From Fistulifera solaris (taxonomy: Eukaryota): a stretch of DNA of 64,000 bases. The stretch lies in NCBI GenBank assembly GCA_030295235.1, contig AP026180.1, forward strand, positions 124,001 through 188,000, in the 5' to 3' direction. The notes under the pieces are model-generated. The model searched no databases. It saw only the letters and a list, made by a program, of their open reading frames with translations, and was not told the DNA's origin. Below, piece after piece: positions 23,995-36,575 of the stretch (positions are counted from its first letter, which is position 1; every line of letters begins with the position of its first letter). A program made the position numbers and the translations under genes.

Positions 23995-25527
23995 ATGTTG
24001 AGCGAAAGCACGGACTCAAGTGTCGTTTTGCTTGGGATGATTCCTCCATACCTTCGCAGGCCCGAGCAAGTACCTCATTGGCGTAGAGGGGGCGTTCTCC
24101 GACGTACATGCTGCTAACCGATCCAGCCAATCTCGATGAGCTCAGAAGACAACTACAATCTGGCTATTTGGCGCGATAACGGAACTCTTACCTATGTGTC
24201 TTCGAATAGTGCCCGCCAGGACAGTCCGCGCCTTGGTGAACGATTCCTCTATCTAGAAGCCGAAGACCTGGGTCTTCAGTTGTACATTGTCGGCGGGACG
24301 GACAAGACAATTGCGGAAACGGCTGCATTCTTTTTGAACTTGGAGGGAAAGAAACTCGAGAGCTCATCGTCACTCAAAACCGACACATTCAGTTATACTT
24401 TTGATTTTCAAGCTGGAACTGGATGCATGAGGAATATTTTTGAGGCAAACAGTGAAAAGCAGCTAACTGCTCTGGCAGATAGCCGTTGCCACATGCGCTT
24501 TCATTTTGAAGCATGTCACTTTGAGGACAAAGGTACCTGGTAATGCGCTTCTTGATGTGATTCAAAATAAAAGGTCAACATTTGACCTATTGCTGTCGGA
24601 GGGATGTACAGGCTTGACCAGTCACAATTTGAAACGCCTTGTACACGTCAACACGATGAAGCGCTTGACTCTACCCTGCTTGAACCAAAAATTGCGCTTC
24701 TCCCTTTTTCTGCGCAAGTTGAATATCTCGACTACAGTATTTCTTCGTCGGTGCTGGAGAAACTGATAGATTCGGTGGACATTGCGGCAACCGGAATCTC
24801 GCTAACCATACACCATGACAGCGGAACCTTTCCAACGGCATGTATGATTTCGTTGTTTCGGCGTTTAGCTGATTTGAAGCATCTGCTGGAGTTGAGAATC
24901 AGACTCAATTTTGTGCTCATTCGTACACATCGTACGATACCCGATTGCGTTGTACAAGAATTGTTACTCGCCACTCTCGCAAACGATAAGCTGGAAATTC
25001 TTGATCTGGGCGATAGCACGGGACATATTAATTGGGCGCCGCACATCAGTACACTTTTCAAAGCTGTTCAGTCTCACAAAAATCTTCGTTCCTTTACAAT
25101 CGATGTTTACAATGAGCCTAAGGTTTTCGCCTCCAATTATTCCTCGCTTCGGCAGCTGCTTACGGTGAACAGAAGAATCAAAGTGAAGAACGAAAGTGGA
25201 TTACTTTGCAGTTGCGGTATCGTGAGTGATTCTGACATCAAAGAGCTATACTCGTTCAACGATTTCTATTGTGGTTCTGCAGATCTGGCGGTGGATCCTC
25301 CATCGGACCGGCTTTCATTGGTGACAACAGCCTTGTCACAGAGTGCTTCTTATGACTTCCAGCGATCTGCTCTTTTGTTGACAGATCATATCGATGTGTT
25401 GTATGAACTTTTGCCGTCGGCTATTGCTTACCAGGCACCAGGTACCGGTACACGAGCTTGTCATTCCGGGATGACAAGCGGGGACGAAGAAGAAAAGGTT
25501 TCATTTCATGAAGGAACCCCATCCTGA
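23995..25527 (+). CDS. Lineage-expanded hypothetical protein, copy B (frameshifted)
   Basis: Highly similar to copy A over its whole length; preceded by a partial module at ~23810-23970. Confidence 0.7.
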
Positions 25528-25691
25528 GAATCAGAAGTAGCCTAGAATTTCTACGATCTTTTTCCAACAAGGTCTCCCAAGTTATTTTCCACACAGAGCG
25601 ATGAAACACCGATTTACAAAAATTGAAACAAAAAGGACAAAGTTATTAAAATCACCATTCTAAAGTATAAACTATCATTTTCAACACATTT

Positions 25692-26300
25692 CTAGGACGG
25701 AACCATACATAAACTTGCTGGAAACCCCAGGCTAACCACGCATCGTCGAGATCGTCCACAGTTCATGATGTGCGAGCCCTCTTTTAGAAGGCACGATATC
25801 TTGCACACGTTCACTGTTCGTTCCTTCCCTCCCCTGTCCGTCAAAATTGCCGCAGACGAGAGTAACTGGTCTAAAGTGAATTGCTTGTCGCTCTCGGAAA
25901 AGAATGGCTGCATAATGGTTTACTGCACCCTCATCCAAGCAGCCACGTTGCAACCATGTCTTTCGTCGACAATAATAGTAGACAAGTTGCTGCTCGCTGT
26001 TAGAGAGGTAGGCTGTGTCTGACATGGCGACAGTCGATAGATTCCACACGTCCAGCCACGCACATCATTGTACAAAGACCCCACCCCTTCCGCCATTCCC
26101 GCTATAATAGCTGCTGTAAGTACATCGATTCAGTGTCGCATCCGTTGGCGTTGAGAGATTTATGTTTGTGTCATCGCAAAGCACCACTCTTTTTCCATGT
26201 ATCTTTTGTTCCATCTGTCGCCTCGCAACTATACATTTTCTGAATGGAAAAACGTCCTTTACATCTGCTCTTGCGTCAATGTACACCGAGAATAGGATTG
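25692..26300 (-). pseudogene. Decayed DDE transposase (DDE_Tnp_4 / ISL2EU-like)
   Basis: VVLCDDTNINL..PTDATLNRCTYSSYYSGNGGRGGVFVQ*CAWLDVWNL...SDTAYL and QPFFSESDKQFT...SAAILTDRGGKERTVNVCK, with stops and frameshifts. Confidence 0.65.
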
Positions 26301-26997
26301 ATCTTTGATGACATCGGGTGCGCGAAGTAAATGAAGTAATGCGTTCTTGTTATAAACTTCGACGCGTGCATAGGGGGCATAGGGATCGAGTTGAATCACC
26401 CCGATAGTTGCGACATGGTTGCGACATCAATTCACCCTCTATAAGTAACCGAAATTGAACCGTGAATTACACAACATATCCGGATATCAACCTGTTCCAT
26501 CGCTTATTGTAAGACGTGTTTGTAATAATCCTGTTGCAGGCGATTGATTCGCCTGCAGCGGCGCATTCGCCTCTTCACTCATTTGTTGACATACTATCTG
26601 CCAATCGTCTTCTCCGCATTTTATTACCCTTGTACATGACGACTCCGTATTATTTCTTGTACAGTATGTATTCACTCTGCGAGAGTTGCGACGACGCGGC
26701 GCGGACGAGAAAATCTTGGAGACGACGTACAGTACCGAATTGTACTCCGTAATGGTGTAGAGGAAGTTACGTACATAAGGCTTTTACATTCAACGGCTGT
26801 ATTATTATCCGTTGAGATAGTTTTGGAGAAGCGTTCGCCGCCCGCGCAGCATAATAAAATTAAAATTCTCGTCCATTCTGTAAAAACGCCTTATCATTCG
26901 TTCAATCTTTCACATCCTTTTGTTGCATCATCCTGCCAGGTACCGACATTGTTATTGCATCCCCTTTTTTAACAAACGAAGATACAATCACCTTATC

Positions 26998-27608
26998 ATG
27001 GCCATCAGTGAAACTTCCGTCGAAGAAATAGTCTCGCCGCACCGAAAGAGCTTTTGGTCTCGCTTTCGCCGTCCGCTGAAACAGAATGACAAACGTCCTT
27101 CGGTTTCCCATAACAACAAACTATTTCCCCAACATCATCCTGTCGTCAACGAACAGGCTCCTCCGGCACGAGAAGCAGCTTTTTCGGGGCCGCCGCGTTA
27201 TGATTGGATGGATATTGTACGTCCTGTAAAATATTTCTTTGTTGCGATTGTCATTTTCTTTTATCTCACAATTTTTTTCTTTTCTTTTCAAAGGAAACGG
27301 CGGCCGCTCTGCAAATCCAAGCGGCGTTTCGACGTCATCGCATTCTGCAGCAATTGGAAAATGCAGGTCATTCGACGGTCGCCATTCGTCAACGGCAGCA
27401 GCGACGTAGTCGTCCCAATCTGTTGGCTTGCTGTGGCGTGGGATTCCTCTTTGATTACAATGATGAACTGGAGCGTCAAGAAGACTATAGCAAGCAGCAA
27501 CAGGAACGAGCGGAGCGGGAAGCGCAACTGCGAGATCAATATTTGCGAAAACAACGACAGCATGAAGCGGAAACTCCTGTGCTCGAAGCCTTTGAAGTTG
27601 TTGAATGA
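26998..27608 (+). CDS. Small IQ-motif-containing protein
   Basis: Intron 27217-27293 joins GPPRYDWMDI|ETAAALQIQAAFRRHRIL. Confidence 0.7.
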
Positions 27609-27713
27609 TGGGGAAACCGTTTATGATTTCTGAAGTCTAAGCAGATCTATAAAATACATTAATAATCAAAAAAGTTATGAATAATGTTATAAATTTATTA
27701 TATACACTTTATG

Positions 27714-29293
27714 TTAACCCAGTTGCACACATCCAAGAGCATCGGGAATATCATAGACACCATCGACCGCCCACGGCTGATCGTTAGCTCGATAACGCAC
27801 TGGACGCACCGGATACGGCAATGGGACCGTCCGTGTCTGCGGTATGGTCGTTCCGTACGGTGCCAATTTGGTTTCGTCGGATGAACTTAACCAGACGCCC
27901 AATTCCCAATGACGAATAAACAAGCGTCGACCCGCAGATCGCATTTGCACTTCGCCCCAAGCCGCCTTGCTTAAATTGTGACTCGTCAAGACGAACCATT
28001 CCATCGTGTTGTCCGCACAATCATCGTCCTCATCATTTCTACTCCCATCATTCGACAACTGGTAGTACGTTTTAATGTGCCCCACGTGTTTCCTTCCTTC
28101 ATCTGACCATCGGTGATACAACGGACGCAAAAATGCTTTCGAGACATTGCGGTAGGGTCCCGGCACCGATCCACCGCCCGAATAGCCTTCGTACGAGGTT
28201 CGAATTTGTTCCACCGTCGGATACACCAGTTGCAACTTTTGTGCCAGAGGAACTGGGGAAGAAGAGGGACGTTCGTGTTTGGGACGACTGGCCGATCTTA
28301 CATCCATCGATTGATACAATTCGTTCAAATACTTTTCCGTCAACGATCCCATGGACGAAAACTGGCAAACGACTGGTCCTGTACTAGTTGCTGGTGATTG
28401 TTTTGTATATCTAGCACATCGCTGTCGAAGCAATTGTTGGATACGCAAGTGACCTTGCAATGCACGATTCGGATGTTCTGAATCGCTCACACGATGATAC
28501 CCCGGTGTCGAGGGTACCAACGCTACGGACGCTGATGAGAAATCATACTGCCGTAACCATTGTATAAGCGAACAGGGAGATGTCTGCGTCGATGGTGACC
28601 ATATGCGAGGTCGAGTGTAGTCATATGTATCATAATACGCCACCAAATCATTTTCAAAGTCGGAGGGTGACGGTGAACACTCTGTATTTTTGAGAGGAAA
28701 ATCCTGAATACAAGCACCTTGTATCTTACGATGAATGTCCAGTTCGAGCAAATTTGCCGTATGAATAATAAGACGGAGTTTCTCTTGCTGTGTTGTCTCT
28801 TCTCGATAACCGAATACAATGATTTTCGAATGATGCACCCCGTAGGGAAATCCGGAAAGGCAAAGGATTGTGAAGACTTCGCGGTGGATCACTGGGTCGT
28901 AACAAACGTGCATCGACAAATGTCGCCTGTTTCCATTGCATCAAATATTCTGGATTCGTTTCGTGTCCATAAAACAAAGTAATTTGTGGAATCGTGAGCA
29001 ATTCGGGAATTTCGTGCAACAAGAATTCAAAATCAATCATGTAATTGCAAATAATCATGGAATGGATCGTCAACGACGATGTTGCCGTGTCGTATCCGAG
29101 CATTTCTCGAAAGGATCGATCATTGGGACTTCGTTCGCGATCTCGAGTTGCGAACAAGTAAATCGGAGCTGGCGAAGAATTCGGCTTTGTTCGTTTCTCA
29201 TCCGACGACAACAACAACTCGGCAGGGGGGTCGTTTGCGATCGGAAAGATTCTCGATGCCTGTATCTGACGGAGCAGGATCCATATGATCCAT
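27714..29293 (-). CDS. TDP1: Tyrosyl-DNA phosphodiesterase 1
   Basis: ICNYMIDFEFL, PYGVHHSK, IIHTANL, VALVPSTPG, VCQFSSMGSL, HIKTY, LTSHNLSKAAWG, IRHWELGV, VPLPY. Two frameshifts (~29228, ~28845). Confidence 0.92.
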
Positions 29294-29316
29294 TTGTTGG
29301 GTCTAAAGTACACCGA

Positions 29317-31738
29317 GTCAACGTTTCCTTGCGCACCGTATGCACTACATATCGGGAAGCATTAATCGCCATCGATACGAAAACAAAACGTTGATGCAAT
29401 GAAAAATGCAATGCTTCGAATGTCTACGTAATATTTCACGTAGCTCTCGTAAGGAAATTTATCGACAGAGGGGGTACCCGGAGATTGTGTAATTTCGATC
29501 ACATCATTATTCGCGTCTTTTGGACACCATTGTCAAAAAGACTTGGACACCATTGTCAACAAGACTTTGTCCAACATCGCTTATGCGATCCATGAAACGG
29601 CATTCGACGTTGATTTGACTGTGAAACTTGAAATAATACAAACATTTAGCTCTGTCAGTGTCTACGCGCATTGTACGTAGCCGCCGTAGGAAATTTATCT
29701 CTGCAGGGGTACCCGGATATTGTGTCTTTCGCCATCATCCAATTGTTGCATTTACAGTGCACAGATGTCAACGTTTCCTTGCGCACCGTATGCACTACAT
29801 ATCGGGAAGCATTAATCGCCATCGATACGAAAACAAAACGTTGATGCAATGGAAAATGCAACGTTTCGAATGTCTACGTAATATTTTACGTAGCTCTCGT
29901 AAGGAAATTTATCGACAGAGGGGGTACCCGGAGATTGTGTAATTTCGATCACATCATTATTCGCGTCTTTTGGACACCATTGTCAACAAGACTTTGTCCA
30001 ACATCGCTTATGCGATCCATTAAACGGCATTCGACGTTGATTTGACTGTGAAACTTGAAACAATACAAACATTTAGCTCTGTCAGTGTCTACGCGCATTG
30101 TACGTAGCCGCCGTAGGAAATTTATCTCTGCAGGGTGCTTGTCGGAAGTCTGTCCGTAACATACTATACAGTTTACGCTTATATAGTAATTATTTCAACG
30201 GAAACATTTGTACTCTACTCAATTGTACAACATTTCCCGATAAATTCCGATACACGTTTTATGCTACGAGCTTAAATGCCGTTTGTCTCTAAGTAATTTT
30301 TTGTCATTATAGAGAGAAATTTTCTCTCTATGAGAGAAATTCTCTCTGTAGAGAGAAATAGGGAGAAAATTTCTCTTTAAGGGAGAAAATTTCTCTCTAA
30401 GGGGAGAAATCGAGAGAAAATCTCTCTCTAAGAGAGAAATTTTCTCACTTCAGCGAGAAATTTTCATTATGGAGTAAGACGATTTCTGTTTAGAGTTTTC
30501 CTCTGTTGAACGAATTTTATGTACTGTACAATGTGGGCGTCGGGCGTCGTTGCGTCGGTGCATTACTTTTCTGCGCTTGACAAGTATCGAAGAGGTTTCT
30601 TTTGCAAAGAGTAATTCATATCAACTCAAAACCTATTATCTAACGCTTTTGATTAATGGCAAGAATGAGAGACCAAAGGATTAAGAGGGAAATCTCTGAA
30701 TGAACTGAGATGCGGCCGTGGCGTGCTGGAAACTCAACAAGCCCGGGAAAACGAAGCAGCCCCAGACCGCTGAAATTTGCCAGACTCTTCAGTCAGCATG
30801 GAAAAGACAAACTGTGTCCAATGAGCCGCGGATCAAATATGTTTTCACAGTAAAAACAAAAGGGAAATTGAAAATGGAACGCACCAAACAGCACGACGCC
30901 GAGCCAAAAATGGCACTCGGCCTGCACACGCGCCATTCGTCTTTCCAAAGCTAAGCCCCATTGTTCCTGTTGACGAGGTCAATTGATGACTAGCTGTCGG
31001 GGACAAATTACATTTTAGTAATTAGAAATGCTTGTCTCGCTGAACCGTCTTTTGTTTTTGCGTTGGTTGTTTTGTGCGATAACGGTTGTTCGTCGTGTGT
31101 TGAGGTCTCTTCATCGTCGATTTTTAACCTTAATTACACAAAGACGTGAACGAAAGCATAGAAAAAATATCTCTCTACAGAGAGAACTTTCTCTCTAAAG
31201 AGAGAAATAGGGAGAAATATACTCTTTAAGGGAGAAAATTTCTCTCTAAGAGAGAAATCGAGAGAAAATCTCTCTAAAGAGAGAAATTTTCTCACTTCAG
31301 AGAGAATTTTTCTCTCTGGCAAAAAACACATTACTTGTTTTGCGTTATGAGCGAACATACCGTTTCGGTTGCTTAAGATAATATTTATCGTTGAAACCAA
31401 GTTTCGTTCATAAATATTTAGGAATCGATACGACATCGAAACCGTAGATAATCGGAACCGCTCGGAGTGAGTAATTTCCGTCAAGCTCCCAGGGGTATCC
31501 GGATATTGTGTCTTTCGCCATCATCCAATTGTTGCATTTACAGTGCACAGATGTCAACGTTTCCTTGCGCACCGTATGCACTACATATCGGGAAGCATTA
31601 ATCGCCATCGATACGAAAACAAAACATTGATGCAATGGAAAATGCAATGCTTCGAATGTCTACGTAATATTTCACGTAGCTCTCGTAAGGAAATTTATCG
31701 ACAGAGGGGGTACCCGGAGATTGTGTGATTTCGATCAG
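29317..31738. repeat. Satellite with ~430-bp dimeric unit (two ~214-bp monomers), interrupted by a TIR element
   Basis: Unit start GTCAACGTTTCCTTGCGCACC at 29317, 29767 and 31553. Monomer core GGAAATTTATC...GGGGTACCCGGA near 29452, 29690, 29903, 30116 and 31690. Confidence 0.92.
30134..31489. mobile_element. Non-autonomous TIR element (Harbinger-like, 1,356 bp)
   Basis: TIRs GGTGCTTGTCGGAA / TTCCGTCAAGCTCC (12/14 match). TSD CAG (30131-30133, 31490-31492). The empty site CTCTG-CAG-GGGTAC is visible at ~29700. Internal AGAGAAA(T)TTTCTCTCT blocks at ~30310-30460 and ~31165-31320. Confidence 0.85.
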
Positions 31739-32072
31739 ACCATTTCCAACGTTGAATGCAAACGCTGCCATAGTAGAAACTATTTCAGTGCAGCAAGGCG
31801 AACGGGTGCTCAAGAGTGTCGTGGGAACGAACGAATGCTCTAGAGAGAGGTAGCATTGACGCCCGAAAGAATAAGTATTCATGACTGGGGCAGTCATAGT
31901 AGATACATCTGTACTTATTGTGAGACAGACCTGGGAATGTGGTGTTTTCGGTCGCAATGACTTAGCAATGACAATGACGACGATAGCAGACAGCAGCGAG
32001 CAAAGCAGCGCAACAAAACCGCTTTATTTTGTTGAGAATCAACCTAGACTAGTACTTGTACTTTCTTAAACC

Positions 32073-32987
32073 ATGAAACAGACGAGACAACGCAAAAACG
32101 CAAACGGGGGCGCTGCGGCAGCGAATAAAAAGCGCAAGGCCGAGGAAGAAACCCTCCATCAGGACACCGCTAATTCTGGGGTTTCACGCAGCACTAAGAA
32201 ACGAAATGTTTCTCAACAGCCTCTTATCAATGCTGAGACAAATCCAGTCGAAATGGCGTCCCAAAAAAGTACGGCTCGTTCGCGTTCGAAGGATGGCAAA
32301 CCAAAGCAGCGAGTCGAGGAGCCTCGTCCTCCGACTCCCAAACAATATTCGTTAGCCTGGCTGTATAAGGCGGCAGGTAGAAGGGAGAAAGGAGCCGATG
32401 AAACGGAGCTCATAGTGACCTTACGAATGAAAAAGGCAAACGATGTGAAAGGATGGCTTCGAAATATAGAGCACGAACTCGACCCGCAATCAACGCCACC
32501 CAACTTTATCTCGACACAAGCGACACCGCGTCTCCATCTTACGGACAAGGAGCGAGAAAAAGCATACAAGTTACTGCTTCTCGTCAAGCCTCATTTCGAA
32601 GCAATCAAGCTTGTTGCTCATGCGTGGGGTATCGGCCGAAAGGCGATGGAACGATGGGAAAAGAGGGCAGTCGGTAGTCAAGGCATGACCATACAACGCA
32701 AGAAACGGTGCGATGCCGGAAAGACCCTTCTTAACTCGGAAGAGAAACGTCGCTCTGTATACACGCCAAAGTTCATCTTTGCCAAGCTTTTGCGTGAGCG
32801 CAATCCGGGGAAGTCATTCCGACAGGAAGATATCGATAAAGCTTGGGAAGTTGCTGATGAATCAACGAAGAAGGAGTGTTCCGATTTGAGAGATAAATGG
32901 TTGAAGGAAGGTCCTCCTATCAGTATGAGCCACGAAATCTCTAAGGAAAGCCATGACGCTGTCTCAGAAAACCAATTGGAACTTTGA
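32073..32987 (+). CDS. Basic nuclear protein with HTH-like and HMG-like helices, possibly transposase-derived
   Basis: NLS-like KKRK. IKLVAHAWGIGRKAMERWEKR...RKKRCDAGKT resembles a transposase N-terminus. No DDE domain is present. Confidence 0.5.
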   Translation: MKQTRQRKNANGGAAAANKKRKAEEETLHQDTANSGVSRSTKKRNVSQQPLINAETNPVEMASQKSTARSRSKDGKPKQRVEEPRPPTPKQYSLAWLYKAAGRREKGADETELIVTLRMKKANDVKGWLRNIEHELDPQSTPPNFISTQATPRLHLTDKEREKAYKLLLLVKPHFEAIKLVAHAWGIGRKAMERWEKRAVGSQGMTIQRKKRCDAGKTLLNSEEKRRSVYTPKFIFAKLLRERNPGKSFRQEDIDKAWEVADESTKKECSDLRDKWLKEGPPISMSHEISKESHDAVSENQLEL

Positions 32988-33169
32988 TGAAACTAATGCA
33001 ATTTGCGGTTGAGTAAAATTTGTGAGTGAATTTTGCTGCTGCGTCAAATTAAATAATACTAATAGTGTAGTTGATTGTCTTTGCAGAAGATCAACATACA
33101 TTTCTACTAGGTTTTATGTCTTCGTAATGATACGATGAAAATTTAATGCTTTGGACTTTGGACCCGAAT

Positions 33170-33680
33170 ACCAAGTGCTATCTGCATCGTTAAAGTTCCT
33201 ACGGGGCCCATGTGAAATTCGCGTAGACATGCGAAACGTTGTATCGTCGCTCTTTTTTTTAACATTTTAATTTCGAAAGAGTAGTCTCTAGCCATGTTAG
33301 TTCATGTTTTTATGGCATTGCAGTCGAGCATACACGAAAAATGAAAGATATCGAAATATGTAACATCCGGGTTCCCCCTCTGTCGATAAATTTCCCTACG
33401 GGGCTCTACGTGAGACGCACGTAGACATCCGCAACATCGCATCTGTCGTCTTTTTCGTGTCTTGGCGTTCCAATTAAAGTTCAATCTTACCTGTTGGCTC
33501 TATGATTGCTTGTTGAGTCATATTACGATGAATTCGGATGCTGTCGAACCCGAAAATCGATGAGGTCCAATCGGATGAGTTCCGAATTTTAGCTGCATCG
33601 ATAAAATTCCTACGAAGCCTACATGAAAGTCACGTAGACATTCGGAAGAATGAAAATTTCGTAGTTTTTATCAAGCCGGC
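33170..33680. repeat. Three degenerate ~210-bp monomers of the 29.3-kb satellite, inverted orientation
   Basis: CCGGGTTCCCCCTCTGTCGATAAATTTCCCTACG..CTACGTG..CGTAGACAT at ~33367, with related copies at ~33181 and ~33593. Confidence 0.75.
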
Positions 33681-34165
33681 ATGAAATGTGAGTTCTTGGT
33701 CTATGTTGGTACAAGATAACATCTTGAAAAGCCATGTATCTGTTTTACTTTTAATCAGACTGGATTGAGCCTTAGCTGATTTTTTTCAGGTCATGATTAA
33801 TGATTAATGTTGAGTCATGATAGGAATGTGGAACTTCAATTATTGCATCATTTTTTACCGTTGCTGCGATGATGACGGCGCCTCGATTTCGTCATCGCAT
33901 CACTTTTCACGTAGCTCTGGTACTGAAAGAGCGTGCGTGAAAAAGTACTCAAACGAGAATCCTTCCACCTTATTTTTTTTTCTCCTTCATCGGCATGCGC
34001 GTTCCAACTGGACTGACCCGCGCACAGAAAAGAATACGTGGTCCATTTTTTTTTGTTGTTTTCTCCTCCTCCTTTGCAAGAGAACAAACACCTTCTTGTT
34101 GTAACAACATCTGCTGATATTCTTCTTCTTTTACAGTCTCTCTTCGCTCTTTCAACGACAACAAC

Positions 34166-35462
34166 ATGGGCAAAGGAGGTCAAAAGTACAAACGGTGACT
34201 TCATCGTCGTCGGTGAACCATAACGGTAGCTGGGAATCTCCTTACAAACCGCTCGACAAGAATGCTCCCGAACTTCCCTCCAAAGGACAAATTAAAGCTG
34301 TTATTCCCAAAGAATGCTTTGAACGTAGTTATTTCTGGAGTCTCTTTTATTTGGCGCGAGATACGGCCATGGCGGTCGGCTTTGTGTACGCGACGAGTCA
34401 AGTTCTTTCGACCGAACTGCCTCCTTTGGCAGCCAATCCGACGGCTCTCCTCGATTTAGCGCTCTGGGCCTTTGGTTGGTCGTTTTATGCCTTTTGGATG
34501 GGCACGATCATGACCGGTCCTTGGGTTTTGGCACACGAATGCGGACACGGAGCCTTTTCTCCTTCGCAAACCTTTAACGATATCATCGGCTTTGTCTTGC
34601 ATCAAATCTTGTTGGTTCCTTACTTTGCCTGGCAATACACTCACGCCAAACATCATCGTCGCACCAATCATTTGACGGATGGCGAATCGCATGTCCCATC
34701 GACCGCCAAAGACAACGGTTTGGGTGCCAACAACGAGCGATTGTCCTTTTATGCCGTCTATCATGAAGCCATGGGCGATGGTGCCTTTGCCGCCTTTCAA
34801 GTGTGGACGCACTTGTGCATCGGCTGGCCGTTGTATTTGTTGGGACTCGCATCGACCGGTAAACTCGCTCACAACGGAGAACCCTTGGAGGGACGCATCG
34901 CGGATCATTTTCGACCCACGTCGCCCATGTTCCCTGCCAAGGTTAGTTTCAAGATTACACTTTCCACTGTGACCACCGTCGCCACATTGATCGGATTGTG
35001 CTACGCAAAATACCAATACGGCATTCTCCCCGTCGTTTTGTGGTATTGGGGTCCGTACAACTTTACCAACGCCTGGCTCGTCCTCTACACCTGGCTGCAA
35101 CACACCGATCCCTCCATTCCGCATTACGGTGAAGAAGAATGGACGTGGGTCAAGGGTGCACTCAGCACCATTGATCGGGATTACGGCATTTTCGATTTCT
35201 TCCATCACACCATCGGTAGTACGCACGTCGTGCACCACTTATTTCACGAAATGCCCTGGTACAATGCGGGCATTGCGACACAACACGTCAAGGCGTATTT
35301 GGAACCACTGGGATTGTACAATTACGATCCGACGCCGTGGTATCAGGCCATGTGGAAAATTGCCAAGACGTGCCATTATGTGGAAGACGATAAGGGCATT
35401 CAATATTTCAAATCGTTGAACGATGTGCCATTATCGAATGGCAAAAGGCCAAGAAGGCGTAA
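34166..35462 (+). CDS. FAD2: Delta-12 (omega-6) fatty acid desaturase
   Basis: MGKGGQ start, His boxes HECGH, HAKHH and HVVHH, and YTWLQHT. Single-base shifts near both ends relative to ORF 34195-35511. Confidence 0.95.
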
Positions 35463-36575
35463 CAGAATTGGCATGGTATACGTACGTACGTATAATTCGT
35501 CACTTAAATAGTAAGAGTAGAAGGAATTGAAAATATCGGTATAACATCATTATACTCTATAACTTAGGTTAGAGCTTGTTTAGAGTTAGAAAGAGCACGA
35601 GAATTGAGACAATAAGCCTGCAGACCCTAGATGACAGATATATTGTGAAAAAATACATTCTGATGAATGCTTTCCTAGTTTTTCGTTAATCACTTTGCCT
35701 CGAGCCTCAAGCAAAGAGATTTAAGTCCTCAAGCTATCGTTCGTCTTTCAAGGAAAACCGACAACATTCGGGACTGAAAACAGTTGAGTCGTTCGTCGGA
35801 AAAAAAGTAATATACTATCTGCTTCATACTGAGCAATATCTTCTTACGGAGGAGTTTTTTGTAAAGCCGATAACGCTGCATCCCCACGTCATGTCAAAAT
35901 CAACAGCGCTGTAACAATTTAGTTCGATCTACTAAGAAATGTCTTGTCAGAATAGCTCCCGCCTCGTCAACTTGCTTTCGTTATGTGTCTTTGCTGCTTT
36001 GAAGTGTAAACCGTGCGACGGACGGTCGTTCCACGAACTTGGGATTACCACTACGATTCTATACACTTTGACACGACACACCCGATATTACTCTCGATTA
36101 TGAAGTAGTCTGGTCTGGGGGGAGAACGTGTCACACTCGTGAATGACGTAAACATTCGGGCGCGCCAAGTTACTACTTAGAGGACCATAAAAATAGCTAA
36201 GCGCGATTGGTGTACTGTTGGAGTATCACTGCTCAACTCCTAACGTACCCAACGGATCAATTTCGTCGGCCCTTTTCTGTACAAAACGAGGTGCACATGA
36301 AAGGGGGGAAAACTCGTCTCTTCGGCAAACGCCAAATCATCGAATCTGAATGCTGTTGTTGTTGTAGAATAATACCCTTTTACGCTTCGAGTCATTCATT
36401 TATTAATAATTGAATCAACAATAAACAAGTTGCGGCAATTCTATTAGTAGCCGCAACGTTGATTGAGACAAATTCGTACAACATCGAGCTCTCGCAAACG
36501 ATCCTCGGAGTGAAGCCTTGCTTCTCGTTCATTGTAACCTATCATTCTTTGTTTCTCTATCAAACGAACTATAAT

